From: Chrysomallon squamiferum
Taxonomy: Eukaryota; Animalia; Mollusca
Assembly: GCA_012295275.1 (NCBI GenBank)
Contig: CM022672.1
Coordinates: 34,472,001-34,536,000 of the forward strand
Direction of reading: 5' to 3'
Length of the DNA stretch: 64,000 nucleotides
Under the pieces are notes generated by a model. It did no database searches, had not been told where the DNA came from, and saw nothing but the letters and a program-made list of their open reading frames with translations. The translations under genes were made by a program, and so were the position numbers. Below, piece after piece: positions 48,840 to 62,244 of this stretch (the stretch's first letter is position 1; each line of letters starts with the position of its first letter).

Positions 48840-49430
48840 ATATATTAACTATATTAAAAGGATCTATATGTCTCTATCCAAATATCAGAGTAGTTGTGTT
48901 TTTATATCAGTGTGTCTGTGTGTTTGTGTGTGCATTTGTGTTGTGTTTGTGTGTGCATTTGTGTTGTGTGTTTGTGTGTGTGTTTGTCTGTGTGTTTGTG
49001 TTGTGTGTATGGAATAATACATATTAGGACACACCACTAGTTAAAATGGCTCAGTTATTTTTTTTTATGGCTCTTTCCCTTTGTAATAAAAATATTTACA
49101 TTTTAAAAATATCTTTTAATAACTTCTTTCTTCGTGTAAGCAATTTTGAAATAAGGGCTAAGTGGACAGAAATTAAGAATGATGTCAGGCCTCTGTAACC
49201 ACTGAAGCAGTACGTGTTTTATGTACATGTTAGATACATTATTAAATATTGTCAAAAACAAAGAGAATCTTTAACAGATGCATACCGTGATTGTCTCTGT
49301 TTGGCCATTTTCAAAACAAACCGAACAGCTTGTTTGATTTCAGACACAATTTTGTCCAAAGACACTGAAATAAAACAGATCAGAGAATTCTTAATGACTG
49401 AATCAGGGATTTATTTATTTATATATATAT

Positions 49431-49514
<84 letters not shown>

Positions 49515-50998
49515 AAAATATTTATAGAGATTATTTAAGAAAAATAAAATTTATGAACAGGGATTTATATATTATTAATGAGATTTAACATTATTAATGA
49601 ATAGATTATTAATAATGATTTACTGAACGAATATTACTTAAAATTTCTAAATAAACAATTTACAGCCAAACATATTTAATTGTTTTAACTTTCTTGATTT
49701 TTTTTTAATTTATACAAAATTCAAATTACCCCTATACTCTTTTGACTCAGCATGCAAAAAATTACTGCAAACTACAATTACTGTAACATTTTTTTTAAAG
49801 TTCTTAATTACCTGCTGGAGCAAGATCGTAACCCACGACTACAACAGTGGACCCAGCCCTGACCAGTGGGGGAGCCATAAAGCTGGATTTTTCACGACTA
49901 CTCAGAAACAGCAAAAAAAAAAATAAAAAAAAAAATAATAACAACTAAAATAATAATAATAATAAAACTCAGTGTACATAATGAAAATGTTTTAGAGATT
50001 GTTAGTTATTTAAATAAATAAAAAACAAAGATGTAGCCTAGACAAGCAAAATAGAAAATAATAATAATAAATTGCCTTTAACAGATCTATAATTTTACTA
50101 ATGCCTGTGATATGTGTGGTCCTGTCTAGAAAGAGAATTTGACATTGTGTATCACATGCTAATCAAAGTCTAGTGTCTAGAATTAAAAGATTTCAGTAAA
50201 ATGTAAATTTTTAAATTATTTTTGTTTCTGTTATTGTTTATACTTTAAAAATGCCTTTGCATGAATAATATACATAACACACACACACACACAACACACA
50301 CACACATTCAGTATAATTTAGACAGTACCAGGTTAGAGCTATCCATTCTAGCTAATTATTTTTATTATTTACCAAGTTTATAATGATTTTAATCACAAAA
50401 AAAAAAAAAACTAATAAGATATGTTTTAACAAAAGCGAAAAATAATTATAAAAATAAAGATTTGAAAATTACAAAATATGTTAAAAGCCATTTTGTTTGA
50501 GTGTTACAAAAGTATCGATGTAAAAGTTAACAGTGTTTCCACCTAAGTCAGTGAGAACAATGGAAATGTTGTTAAATGATACACACAGTTAAATTTAACA
50601 CCCAGGCACATGTGTATATAATTACTGATAGCTACATTAACTCTTGTAACATGATGACAAGTAATTAATACCTCGCATGTACACAAAAATAACCATTGTA
50701 AAATCTACACCAGCTTTTGTTTTATGTGTACCATGTTTTTATAGTACATCATTTCATTCACAAAATCCATAGATTTGTATTATTATTATTATTATTATTA
50801 TTATTACTACGATTATTAATACGATCATTAATACGATCATTATTATTATTATTGTTATTATTACTATTGTTGGTGTTGTTGTTGTTTTTATTATTATTAT
50901 TATTACTATTGTTGGTGTTGTTGCTGTTATTATTATTATTATTATTATTACTATTATACAATTATTATTATTACTACTACTACTACTACTACTACTAC

Positions 50999-51062
<64 letters not shown>

Positions 51063-53717
51063 TTGTAAGTATTTAATAAGTTAATTGATTTTGATGTAAT
51101 TAAAAATAATGCTACATTAGTCTTATAATTCTGAGCAATCATTTTTCATACAAAGCCATTTTTAAAGTCTAAACAATTTCCTTTACAAAACCCACAAATG
51201 TGTGTCACTACTTATAAGAATGTTTGTCTGTAAACTGTGTCTGATGTAATTCTACTTCTGTAATTAAAAGTGCAGTTACTGATAATGTTACACTATCTTC
51301 TGTAATATGATTCTGAATTATCAATCCCATCGTTTTTCAGTTACAGCGTGTGTTAAAAGAACAAGTTATTTCATTTACACAATCTTAGGACCACTATTTG
51401 TAAAATATTGTAACCCTACATCTGTTAATAAAAGTGTTATTTTTGTTGTTATTGTTGTTATTATTAAACATATTGTTACTGTTATTGTTATGAAAAACTT
51501 ATACTAGGTTTAACCTTACATATATTATTGTGAAATTATACTATTTTGGGAAATACTGATACACTTATAATTAAATGATATATTATTATTATAATTATCA
51601 ATATTATTACTGAAAAGATCAAAATGCTTTTAATAGCTATTTTTATTTTATATTTTAGTTGAAATATGAAAATTTTTTAATTTTGTGAGAATATTATGAC
51701 CAGTGTATACTCATATATTTACATAATTCATAAATTAATACTTTTTATTTTTATAATCTTTTTTAAATATGTTAATGTACAATATTATAAAATTATGTTA
51801 CTTTTTTTATTAGATAGGAAATCAGAGAAAAGTAACTTCATGATTCCACTAGTCCACAGACTACTGTGTTTAGTAACACACTTGTTCTTGATAATGTCTC
51901 TTAACCAGACAGCACATACCAGAGAGATTTTGAAAACTGGTTGATAATAAGCAACTACGACTCATCTAGATTACCGAGTTTAAAAAAAATAAATTTAAAT
52001 GTGAATATGGATTATCAAATTTTATCTTACACAAAGAAAAAAGGCTGCATCTATTTAAATATGTGTATTAATTTTAATTGGAGATAATTCTTAATAAAAT
52101 AATTATAAAATTAGAAATAGTTGTATCTCAGTTTTTAATTAAAAAATAAATAAAAAGATATAAATAGCTGTATCTATTATTAATAAATAAATGGATAAAA
52201 ACAGAACTATTTCTATTAATAATAAAAAAATAAACAGATATAAACAGCTGTTTTTCTATTATTACAGATTTATAAATAAATAAACAAACTAAAAAAACAC
52301 TCACTCCAATAACTGCCAGTATCCACCATGAATATAAACAAATATGGGAGCTCCTGTAATATATAAACAAAATTTGTAATTAAATAACAATGTAGTAGTA
52401 GAAGTGGCAGTTGTGATAGTTGTAATGGTATTAGTAGTACCAGTATATTAGTGGTATGTATAAATCAACTTATGAAAAGAGTGTAAATAAAGAAAGAGAG
52501 AATTTGGAGGGATATTAAATACAGAAGAAAATAAAATTTCTTACATTCTAAGATTCTTTAAGAGGACTGCAATATATTTAAAAATTTAAAACAAAGAGCT
52601 AGTTAACTGCAGAAACAGGTGCATTAAAGATTTTTAAAGGAAAATGTTAATTTTTATTTACCTTTAGGATGAGCACTTTTAGCAGTGAAAACATCAATTT
52701 TTTGGTTTGGTCCATTTCCATACACCTGAGTGCTGCAGTTGAGAAGCCATGTTGCCTCCTTGCTACCTGGAAGAAATTTTTGTTTTTAGAAAAATTATTA
52801 TTTTGTTTGAATAAAATATAGTGACTTTGTGTTTGATTATAAATACAGTTAAATAAGTTCTCTGATAATGAAAGAAAAACCTGCCACTGTCATTTCTTCT
52901 TGGGTTACTCTTTTCCAGTTAGCAGTAAGATTTCTTTTTACACGGACCATCCCAGAAACAGTACAGAACATATCACAGACTCTTTATTCCACAAGATGTG
53001 GAGCATTGGTTGGAACGAGAAAGATTCTCAAGTTGTTTTCATCAAGAATAACTGGTATGAAGTTTAAAATAAAATTGATGTTTTTGTGGTAATATTTTTT
53101 TTTATAATACAAAATGAGATATAACAATGAACAGTAAAAAAAACCCAGTAAATATCAGAACACAAGTGAAAAAAAATAAATAAATAAATACATAAATAAA
53201 AAATAAAAATGTAATTAAAAAATAAAAGGCATATTAAAAATATAAAAAAGTATACTCCAATTTTTTTCTCCAATAATTATACATATATATATATAAATAT
53301 AAAGCTAAATAAATTCACCTTCAGTGAGTTTATTAATGTGAGATTCTATCACCTCTTCAGGGCCCATTCTGTGTGACCATCGACTTGGTGAATAGTGGTA
53401 GTCCAGCTCCTATAAAACATGTATTATTAATATACAAGTACTAAAACAAAACAGAGAGACAGAGAGAGAGAATGAATCTTGTGTGTGTGTGTTATAAGAA
53501 AATACATAGACTGACATAATAAAAATAATTACATATATAAAAAAAAAAAATTCCTAATGCACATATATAGTTACAGAACATTAAAAAATCAACATTTCTT
53601 TTTTTAAAACGTTATCACCTATTTTTACTCTTCTTTACTTTCAAAAGTTTTCATATAAACAGTATTTAAAAAAATAATATTTGTTAGCTTTTGAATTACC
53701 TTTACTGGAATGGCCAT
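43809..53717 (-). CDS. AFMID: Kynurenine formamidase (arylformamidase, alpha/beta hydrolase), 11 coding exons, about 290 aa; exon 8 corrupted in this sequence
   Basis: ELDYHYSPSRW N-terminal motif, IHGGYWQ oxyanion motif, VGYDLAP, GHSAGAHL nucleophile elbow, YDLRPL, AEYDPPEFRRQS (catalytic Asp), DHFDVIE (catalytic His). GT-AG junctions and phases are consistent apart from exon 8. Confidence 0.92.
44490..44594 (-). CDS. AFMID: AFMID exon 10 (catalytic His, DHF)
   Basis: ELRSRGVKTRFVDVPDVDHFDVIEKLQRENYKLTK; tttcAG| and AAG|GTATTG. Confidence 0.93.
45070..45205 (-). CDS. AFMID: AFMID exon 9 (catalytic Asp)
   Basis: TEAWRLSPYNFVSEIAAQSQERDILLAVAEYDPPEFRRQSAEMEK; tttcAG| and AAG|GTTTTT. Confidence 0.92.
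46311..46360 (-). CDS. AFMID: AFMID exon 8 remnant (LVS..YDLRPLVQTTVN), boundaries unresolved
   Basis: The minus strand reads CTT GTT AGT ttttg TAT GAT CTG AGA CCA CTG GTT CAA ACC ACT GTC AAC. This matches the expected 'SGVYDLxPL' segment but is frameshifted and flanked by A/T-only runs. Confidence 0.7.
46915..47018 (-). CDS. AFMID: AFMID exon 7 (catalytic Ser, GHSAG)
   Basis: GVYLCGHSAGAHLCAMVLSCEFSEDDAFDSEIIK; ttacAG| and AG|GTTGGC. The 5' boundary is ambiguous because of the acceptor minisatellite. Confidence 0.92.
47005..48700. repeat. Minisatellite in AFMID intron 6: 21-bp unit (ctgtaatacaaatacacacct) grading into a 50-bp higher-order unit
   Basis: About 10 regular 21-bp copies at 47005-47213, variable 13-21-bp copies to about 47520, and 50-bp period (acatctgtac at 47941, 47991, 48041, 48091, 48141, 48191), decaying afterwards. 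Confidence 0.95.
49286..49364 (-). CDS. AFMID: AFMID exon 6
   Basis: SLDKIVSEIKQAVRFVLKMAKQRQS; tttcAG| and CG|GTATGC. Confidence 0.92.
49812..49897 (-). CDS. AFMID: AFMID exon 5
   Basis: REKSSFMAPPLVRAGSTVVVVGYDLAPA; gagTAG| (NAGNAG) and AG|GTAATT. Confidence 0.93.
52305..52353 (-). CDS. AFMID: AFMID exon 4 (HGGYW)
   Basis: APIFVYIHGGYWQLL; ttacAG| and GA|GTGAGT. Confidence 0.95.
52662..52766 (-). CDS. AFMID: AFMID exon 3
   Basis: SKEATWLLNCSTQVYGNGPNQKIDVF; ttccAG| and AG|GTAAAT. Confidence 0.92.
52870..53022 (-). mobile_element. SINE-like repeat, same family as 1839-2100, in AFMID intron 2
   Basis: Minus strand: tcgttccaaccaatgctccac..gtgatatgttctgtactg..gggatggtccg..cttactgctaactggaaaagagtaacccaagaag..ggtttttctttc. 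Confidence 0.6.
53319..53409 (-). CDS. AFMID: AFMID exon 2
   Basis: ELDYHYSPSRWSHRMGPEEVIESHINKLTE; ttatAG| and AG|GTGAAT. Confidence 0.92.
53700..53717 (-). CDS. AFMID: AFMID first coding exon (MAIPVK); exon extends as UTR to 53748
   Basis: ATG GCC ATT CCA GTA AAG|GTAATT on the minus strand; acceptor tattatAG| at 53749. Confidence 0.7.
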
Positions 53718-55311
53718 CTTCAGAATTTAAATCAAATGATGTCCAATTCTATAATAATAAAAATAAAATATTATACACGTACAAAGATTAATTTTCAATA
53801 AATTTATGCATTATAATTAACACCTTATAATAAAACACGGTAAATAATAAATTCCAATTCTACATTCCTCATTTTTAACTGATTTTAATTAATTAATTAA
53901 ATTACTTATCAAGGTCATTTAACTAACTTATTTGTTTATTATTTACTTTTTAAGTTGCTAGAACTTCTGTGGAAAATGCCACAATACCAGTAACAGTTTA
54001 CACAATGGTATCAGTTATGAAACTTTTGAAGTTTGTTTTTATCAACGATCTACACAATATGGCAGCTTATTTCTGATATTGAGACATTTGCTTCTAAACT
54101 AAGTCCTGAACTTAATTCTTCTATCTGAACCACATGTGGTGAAAGAAAAGCTCTTGGGCTTTCTGCAGTTGATTACATTATAAGCTAATACAGATAATTA
54201 TGTTACACTCTACTATATGACAGTTTTCTTATTTATGTTTTACAATTTTTGAAATAAATAAATAAATAAATAATTAAATAAATAATAATAAAATTGTGTT
54301 GGTAATGGTAATAATAAAAATATTAACAACTAGCAGCAATAATAATAATAATAGTAATAATAATAATAATGTATTAAAAAATATAATAAAAAACAATTTA
54401 TGATAATTTTGTTTCTGTTTATTTTGTGGCAGTATAATAGCATTTTAATTTCAAAAAGAAAGAAAGAGAGAACGAAAGAAAAACAGAAGAAAAAAGAAAG
54501 TTTAATTCAGTTAATCTGAACAACCGAAAATCAAAATCAAATGCAACATGAGTATGATTATCAAAGAACGCTTCTATTTTTTTTTTTTTTTAATCTTCTC
54601 TAAGTTTTACTCTTAAATAACTAGTGTCCCATCGATCAACGTGACTGATTAAAAAAGACACACACACACACATACAAAACCAAAAAATAATAATAAAATG
54701 TACAATATGGTAATCTTTACTTATTTTATCCCCTTTCAGTTTACGAAAGAAAAAAAAAAAAAGTTGCTAACTTATCGTATTAATACCAAATTGCAAACAA
54801 ATAAATTTATTCGTACAACAAAAACCGTTCTGCACTTTCAAAACATTTTCTCTTCGGAATAACAAATATTACCAAAAATATTTACTGTCAAGGTTTAAAG
54901 AAAGTCAAAAGTTTCAAACACAGCACTGCCACATTATCACTTATGCATACGAAATTATCACGAAATGTTTATGCAATTAATGGAAGAAAAAAAAAAAACA
55001 GGAAGGGAAATAACTCTAACCTACTGTTTACAAATATTACTTCCGATCGTGGAAATTTAATGTTTTTCACATTACAAAATTTACAAGTAAGGTGTTTTAT
55101 GTTCCAAATTTTCATTCAAATTAATTTTAAGTTTTATTTTTAAGTTGTCTGTAATTTAAATTAAATATAATTAATACGATTTTTCATTTTTCACACTAAT
55201 ATCACAATAATTTCTCAGTACAATAAATAAACAAGTAGGTATAAAATAGTTCTACAGTAAGCTTAGTGAGGTTCAGTATATTATATTAATAACAATAACA
55301 ATAACAACGAC

Positions 55312-55372
<61 letters not shown>

Positions 55373-55816
55373 GGACTCCAAAAAAAATAAATAAAAAGAC
55401 AAACATTTAAAAAAAAAAAATTAATACTGTTTTTTTTTTGCAGTAGAGAAATAGAGAGAGAGAAAAAAAAACCGATTATTATTATTAGTAGTAGTAGTAG
55501 TAGTAGTAGTAGTAGAAGTTACGTGAGTAAACCTCTTACATGCACCTATTGATAGACACACATAAGGAGTAGAACTATCGTAAGTTATTGTCTGGAATGG
55601 GAAAACGCCATTTACAGAGCATCCTGCAAATGTTTTATGCTGGTCAGAATTAATGTACATTTATCTGAAACTGTCGTCTGCTGGGCAATTCCTTAAATCG
55701 GAATAATCTAGTGAACTTTCTACTGTTCCATTTCCGGTGGTCTCAAAACGACAATACTTTCTGTACCGCAAGTGACCTTTACGCAACATATAATCAAATT
55801 CCATGGACTTTAAAAT

Positions 55817-55852
<36 letters not shown>

Positions 55853-56167
55853 ACAACAACAACGTGCAACCGGTACAGCTGTGACGTTTACATCCGCAGT
55901 AATTAGGAATAAAAACAATTCTCCTTCATTTGTTTGTCACATTTGTCATGGAAAACAAAATGCAATTTCAGGACTCTAATTAAAATAAAATAAATTAGCT
56001 ATTAATCTGTTTCTTTTATTTCTGTGAGGAATATCATACGTCACTCATGCAAATACACGTGCACCCACGACAGTTACACTTGCTATAAATGGTTGGAACG
56101 GGATAAAAGGAGTAGTTGGATTAAGTCAGCGACCCGACATACTTCTGCAACTCCTATTCTTTCTGTA

Positions 56168-56205
<38 letters not shown>

Positions 56206-56765
56206 CACGATAACAGTAGGTACTAAACATTATTTATTCTAACAATTAAACTTTCACCCAATAAACAATAACTTATTCTAAAAACGCTATCATAATAAAT
56301 TGTAATAAACATCGCCATAAACTATTTTGTCACCGGCTGAACTATTTCCATTTCACCAGGATATACCACGAAGGAGAATATTGTAAAGAACCGCAAAAAA
56401 TAAAAAAAAAAAGTAAAACGAGTTGACCGGAAGACGCCCTAAACTGTGACCTTGGGGACGCATTGTTTGTTACGCCGGCGGCAATACACCAACATTTCTT
56501 TGTGTAGGACGACGCCCAAGAAACGGCTGCAACAAGACCTTGTTACATTGGCGTCAAGCACTACGTCGCCAGTACGTTTACACCATCAGGTGTGCAACGA
56601 CCACATCACCGCATGTGTACGTAACCCGTTTATGTTTTGTATTAAACAAGCCGTCTGTCACAGTTTAAAAAAAAGGTACACGGTGTAAGCCAATTTTTTA
56701 CAATGGCGGTGTTAATGTCCGGATATTTTTTTTTTTTTTTTCTGCACTATCGTCAATATATTTGT

Positions 56766-56812
<47 letters not shown>

Positions 56813-56997
56813 TACATGTACATAAGTCCTTTCAGTGCCATTTACTGACACACATACATAGACGTACATTTAAAATATACATACATACATACATACATAC
56901 ATCAACTCTCACATATGTTTTATTATTAAGTCAATCAGTGCGTCATCTTTCAAACAATCAGCTGTGCAATAATGTAATTTGGTTTTCATGACATCAC

Positions 56998-57104
<107 letters not shown>

Positions 57105-57389
57105 AATCCAGGGTAGAATTCAAATATATATATGCAACTTTTCAATTTAAATTCTTTTTCTGTAATAAAGGAAAATGTCTTATCACTGTAAACTGCCTGA
57201 CGTAATGAATACACTCTGTGGTACAAAAACTAAAACAGACTTAAAGCACGTAAAAAATAAAGAAAATAAAAATAAATTATGTCGTGAACTAGTCCAAAAA
57301 TCTAGAAATGGGAATTTTATGGGGAAGAGTTTAATTGAACGATATTCAAGACGAAAATATTTTTAAAATAATAAATAATAATTTCAAAA

Positions 57390-57635
57390 ACAAAATAAAG
57401 AAAAGAAAAGAAACGAAATAATTTGAATGAAAATTTTCCAAGATAATCTCTAATACAGTCTTTTAAAAAAATTAATAAAGAAAAGAAAAGAAAAGAAATG
57501 AAATAATGTAAATGAAAACTTTCCAAGATAATCTCTAATACTGTATTTTAAAAATAATAAAGAAAGAAAGAAAAGAAAAGAAACGAAATAATATGAATGA
57601 AAATTTTCTAAGATAATCTCTAACACTATCTTAAA
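57390..57635. repeat. About 85-bp A-rich tandem repeat, 3 copies
   Basis: aagaaaagaaacgaaataat..tgaaaattttccaagataatctctaa occurs three times. Confidence 0.8.
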
Positions 57636-58207
57636 AAAAAAAAAAAAAAAAAAAAAATGCGAAAGAAATAAAAAAATCTTAATCTAGATGAATCCTCTTT
57701 ATGAATCCTTTCAATAAAAAGAAAAGAAAAAATCAGCATTAAATACGAATGAAAAACAACAAAAAACAAACGGCATCGAATACCCTCCTTTATTTAACTA
57801 CCTGGAATTAGCATGATTATAGGTAAAACATGTTAATATTAGTACTTTGAGCGTGTTTATGTTTGCGTTTTAAACACGACGCGTAAAGCAAGCCACGTTT
57901 TCCTACGAGCAGCCGAACTTCAAACACACACACGAACGTTTGTGACAAACCTCTTGCAATAAAAACAGATTTATGTCCGAGTTATTTTTGTCAAACTGGA
58001 CATAAACAAAATACCCTCTTGTGTGTATCTGACATGTTAAAGGACAGCTGTTGTTTATCTATTTTAAAACAAAAATAATTTCTGGTGTATGTATTAGCTG
58101 CCTACAAACGTGTTAACTATAAACCTCGTTTTATCCGCTTCGTGTTTGCCCTGTTTCATTCTAATAAGTTTTACCAGACAGCGTGGGATTAAGCTGTACG
58201 TGTGATT

Positions 58208-58715
58208 CAGATAAATTATACTTTTTTTGTGAAACTTTAAAGTAATTCTTTTAACTGTTAATGGTTTTTATTTGTTTTATTATTGTTGCTGTTGTTATGA
58301 TTGTGATTAATGATATTATTGTTATTGTTATTATTATTATTATTATTCTTGTTATTATTATTTGTTAGATATTATTATTATCATTATAATTATTATTACT
58401 GAAAAGATCAAAATGCTTGAGATACATTTTATTTTATGAAATTCAAAGTAAGTCTTTTAATTGTTAAAGTTTATCATTTAGATAAATTATATTTGTAAAC
58501 TTTAAAGTAATTATTTTAATTGTTAATGCTTTTTTCTTATTCTACTGTAATTCCAGATAAATTATATCTGTAAACTTTAAAGTAATTATTTTAATTGTTA
58601 ATGTTTCCTATTCTACTGTATTTTCAAAATAAATTATATGTTGTAAACTTTAAAGTAACTCATTTGATTGTTAAAGTTTATCATTTAGATAAATTATATT
58701 TGTAAATGTAACATA
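58208..58715. repeat. Degenerate about 60-75-bp AT-rich tandem repeat
   Basis: agataaattata..gtaaactttaaagtaatt..ttaattgttaa recurs about five times. Confidence 0.7.
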
Positions 58716-59149
58716 ATTCCTTTTATCTGTGCTAACAAGTAACGAAGGATTAGTGTCTGAATTACGTGATTCATATTTTTGTAAACTTTCTGATTATTGT
58801 TTTAATTCTTAGTTTTTATCAGTCTAATGAGAAATAGTCTTTTAATTTTGGATTATGATAAAGTCTAATCCAGATACGTTACTTTTGATAATTTTAAGGT
58901 AATTCATTCCTTTATCAAAGCTTTAACATTCTAGTGATTTAGACAAATTATAATAATTATAAAATTAGTGAGTGTATATGAACCGGTTAAAAAACAGTTA
59001 ATAAGGGTTAAATAAGAGTTAATAAATAGTTGATAAGTAGTTAATAAGGTTTAAATCAATTAGTATTATTAAATCGATTAATATTGTTAATCCCTATTAT
59101 TGCCGTTAAGCCAGTAAATGGAGTTAATCCACTTAGTATTCACAGACTT

Positions 59150-59545
59150 AGTTACTACAGATAATCCAGTGATACGTTGAACCAATTAGTACAGATAATC
59201 CAGTGATACGTTGAACCAATTAGTACAGATAATCCAGTGATACGTTGAACCAGTTAGTACAGATAATCCAGTGATACGTTGAACCAGTTAGTACAGATAA
59301 TCCAGCGATACGTTGAACCAGTTTACAGATAATCCCACGTTGTTAGTACAGATAATCCAGTGAATGAACCGGTTAGTACAGATAATCCAGCGATACGTTG
59401 AACCAGTTAGTACAGATAATCCAGTGATACGTTTAACCAGTTAGTACAGATAATCCAGTGATACGTTCAACCGATTAGTACAGATAATCCAGTGATACGT
59501 TGAACCAGTTAGTACAGATAATCCAGTGATACGATGAACTAGTTA
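59150..59545. repeat. 34-bp minisatellite (ttagtacagataatccagtgatacgttgaaccag), about 11 copies
   Basis: acagataatcc recurs at 59157, 59191, 59225 and onward; near-identical units with two internally deleted ones. Confidence 0.95.
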
Positions 59546-59838
59546 GTAGTTTGACCAACTGAATAGCATTATTGAGTGAATATTTTATAAAAACTAAAGT
59601 TATTACAAGAACTATTTGTACTTCTGAAATAATTGTTTCGTTGAATCAGTTAGTTCTATTGAACCAGCCGAAAGACTGAAATTGTTACTTCTTTAAGTAG
59701 AAAGTACCCTTAAACAAGACATCACTACTGGTACAAATAATGATAATGCATCAGATAAGGAGAATGCTTTTTTTCTCCCTTAAAACAATTTGTATTAATT
59801 AAACTGATAACACTATCACATTGTCAATCCAATTTATT

Positions 59839-59934
<96 letters not shown>

Positions 59935-60366
59935 ATGCAAACGCTTTTGTTTTTCCATCGTTAGTGTATAATTTCGAAACAGCCAGATAATATATCTTCT
60001 AAACATCTTAAACTATTGTAGTATCATTCAACTTCAACAACATTTTCATATTTCCTAGCTTCATTTCATTCATTCTAAATATTTCATTTTGGTGGGATTT
60101 CGAAACAATAGTAACTGATAGAGGAATGTTCAAAAGCAACTACATTTGAGCTATTTGTTACTAAAGACTAAGATATCCAACTAAGGAAAGAACATTATAA
60201 TTATTTAAATAAATAAATAAAAATGTACTGTATTACTGTTAACTGCGATACTGTGGGCATGTAACTCATCAGGAATGAATGAAAGTATAAGTGAAAGAAT
60301 GAGAGACAAATGGAGAACGAGAAAGCGAGAGACAATATATATACATATTGTCTGTCTGTCTGTCTG

Positions 60367-60434
<68 letters not shown>

Positions 60435-60548
60435 ACTTTCACAGATGTTTCGTTATTACGTAAAAGTTGTTATTACGTCAATCAGTGCTTCACTTTCAAA
60501 CAATTAGCTGGGCAATAATGTAAGTTTGTTTTACGACATCACGTGAAA

Positions 60549-60638
<90 letters not shown>

Positions 60639-60821
60639 TAGTATTCTTTTGTTCGTGTTATTCCAAAAAGATCAGTCTTCGTTGGTGAGTCATTATAACT
60701 CAACCTATACTTTACTAAACTTGTTAAAATAGCTCATTCACCTTCATGAAAAATGTACATGTTTCCTAGCTCCATTCATTCATTCATTCTGGTGTGAACT
60801 GTTCACTAGTTTAAGAAGGTT

Positions 60822-60895
<74 letters not shown>

Positions 60896-60909
60896 AACAC
60901 ACACACACA

Positions 60910-60944
<35 letters not shown>

Positions 60945-62227
60945 TTATATACACTAAATGCAGCCGTTTATTTCTAAAGATAAAAACATTTTGTTTTAAT
61001 CCAATGCTCCACATAAAGGGAGGAAATCAGTACTCCATTCTCTTGTCACTGAACTTTTTTTTACATTCGCTGAAAACTGCAGTGTCAACAGAGTTTTCTG
61101 TTTAAACCAAGGTGAAAACACATCCATCGTTTCTTCGTCCTTTCACTTCACAGTCCATTGACGTTTTTAGATGACACCGTGTCGTATTTTGATAAATATA
61201 CGTTACGAGAAATCAAAGTTGGGGCTTCTAACATGATGTCTTGATGACGCCATATTTGATTTATACGAGCAGAGAACTTACTAAATATAATTATATGGCA
61301 GGTCGTAGGTAAATGGGTCCCATTTAAAGTATGAGATTTGTGTCCACCCCAGGAATGAAAGAAAGAAGGAAATGAATGTACGAATGAATGAATGAAGAAC
61401 GAATGAGTAAAAGGATGAATAAAAGAAGGCATGAGCGAAGAATGAAGGGTAAATGAATGAAGAATGAACTGTATTAACGAATTAATGAAAGAAAGAGTAA
61501 CTGAAAGAAAGGTTGACCAATAAATGAATTAAAGAATGAATGGATGAAAGAATATGAATGGATTAACGAATGAATGAATTAATAAATGAAATAATGTGTT
61601 AACGAATAAATGAAAGAATCAGTGAATACATGAATGAATGAAAGAAGAATTAAAAACTAATAGAATGAAGTACACACAGAAAAGTTCATAGACACAATGA
61701 ACTAAATTACAATAGATATTTCGTCTGCTAATAGCAAAGAAAGGTTTCAGCTGAAAGAAATTAAATAGATGCTTTTATTTTATGTACATTTACATACATA
61801 CATACATACATGTATACATCTATAGATATATACATACATAAAACATACTTTTTATTTAGATTACAATCGATTTGTTTTTCACATCGAGACACAGTAAAAA
61901 ATATTTAGTAACTGAAACTAATAAAATATTCATATGTAATATTTGCCTTTTATTCATGTATTAGTGACGTCACGGAAATGGTTGTCTACGTATGACCTAT
62001 TGTTTTTAATAAGATTATTGAAAACTGTGTAACAAAAACCTTAGCGATGTGAAAAGATTTAATTGCAGTAAAATAGTGAATTTAATATCATTATATTAAA
62101 ACATTTTTATGGGTGTTACTTTAATTTTCGATGCTGTCAAAGTCATAGGAAATTTAATAAAATCGGTTTTAAAAAGTTAGTCGAAACCGGAATCACGTGC
62201 AATTATTCTAGGGGCGCCATAGGCTAC

Positions 62228-62244
62228 AGAGCGCCATCTGGTGT
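62228..62244 (-). promoter_or_regulatory. CTCF-like motif
   Basis: Minus strand ACACCAGATGGCGCTCT is close to the CTCF consensus CCACCAG(G/A)(G/T)GGCGC. Confidence 0.45.

Noticed and set aside
52868-53092. 74-aa ORF, and a minus-strand peptide (ENNLRIFLVPTNAPHLVE) faintly like a pogo DDE motif
   Set aside because: The DNA aligns better with the SINE-like repeat at 1839-2100, and an in-frame stop follows.
59150-59545. CRISPR-like array
   Set aside because: Head-to-tail units with no unique spacers, no cas genes and a eukaryotic context.
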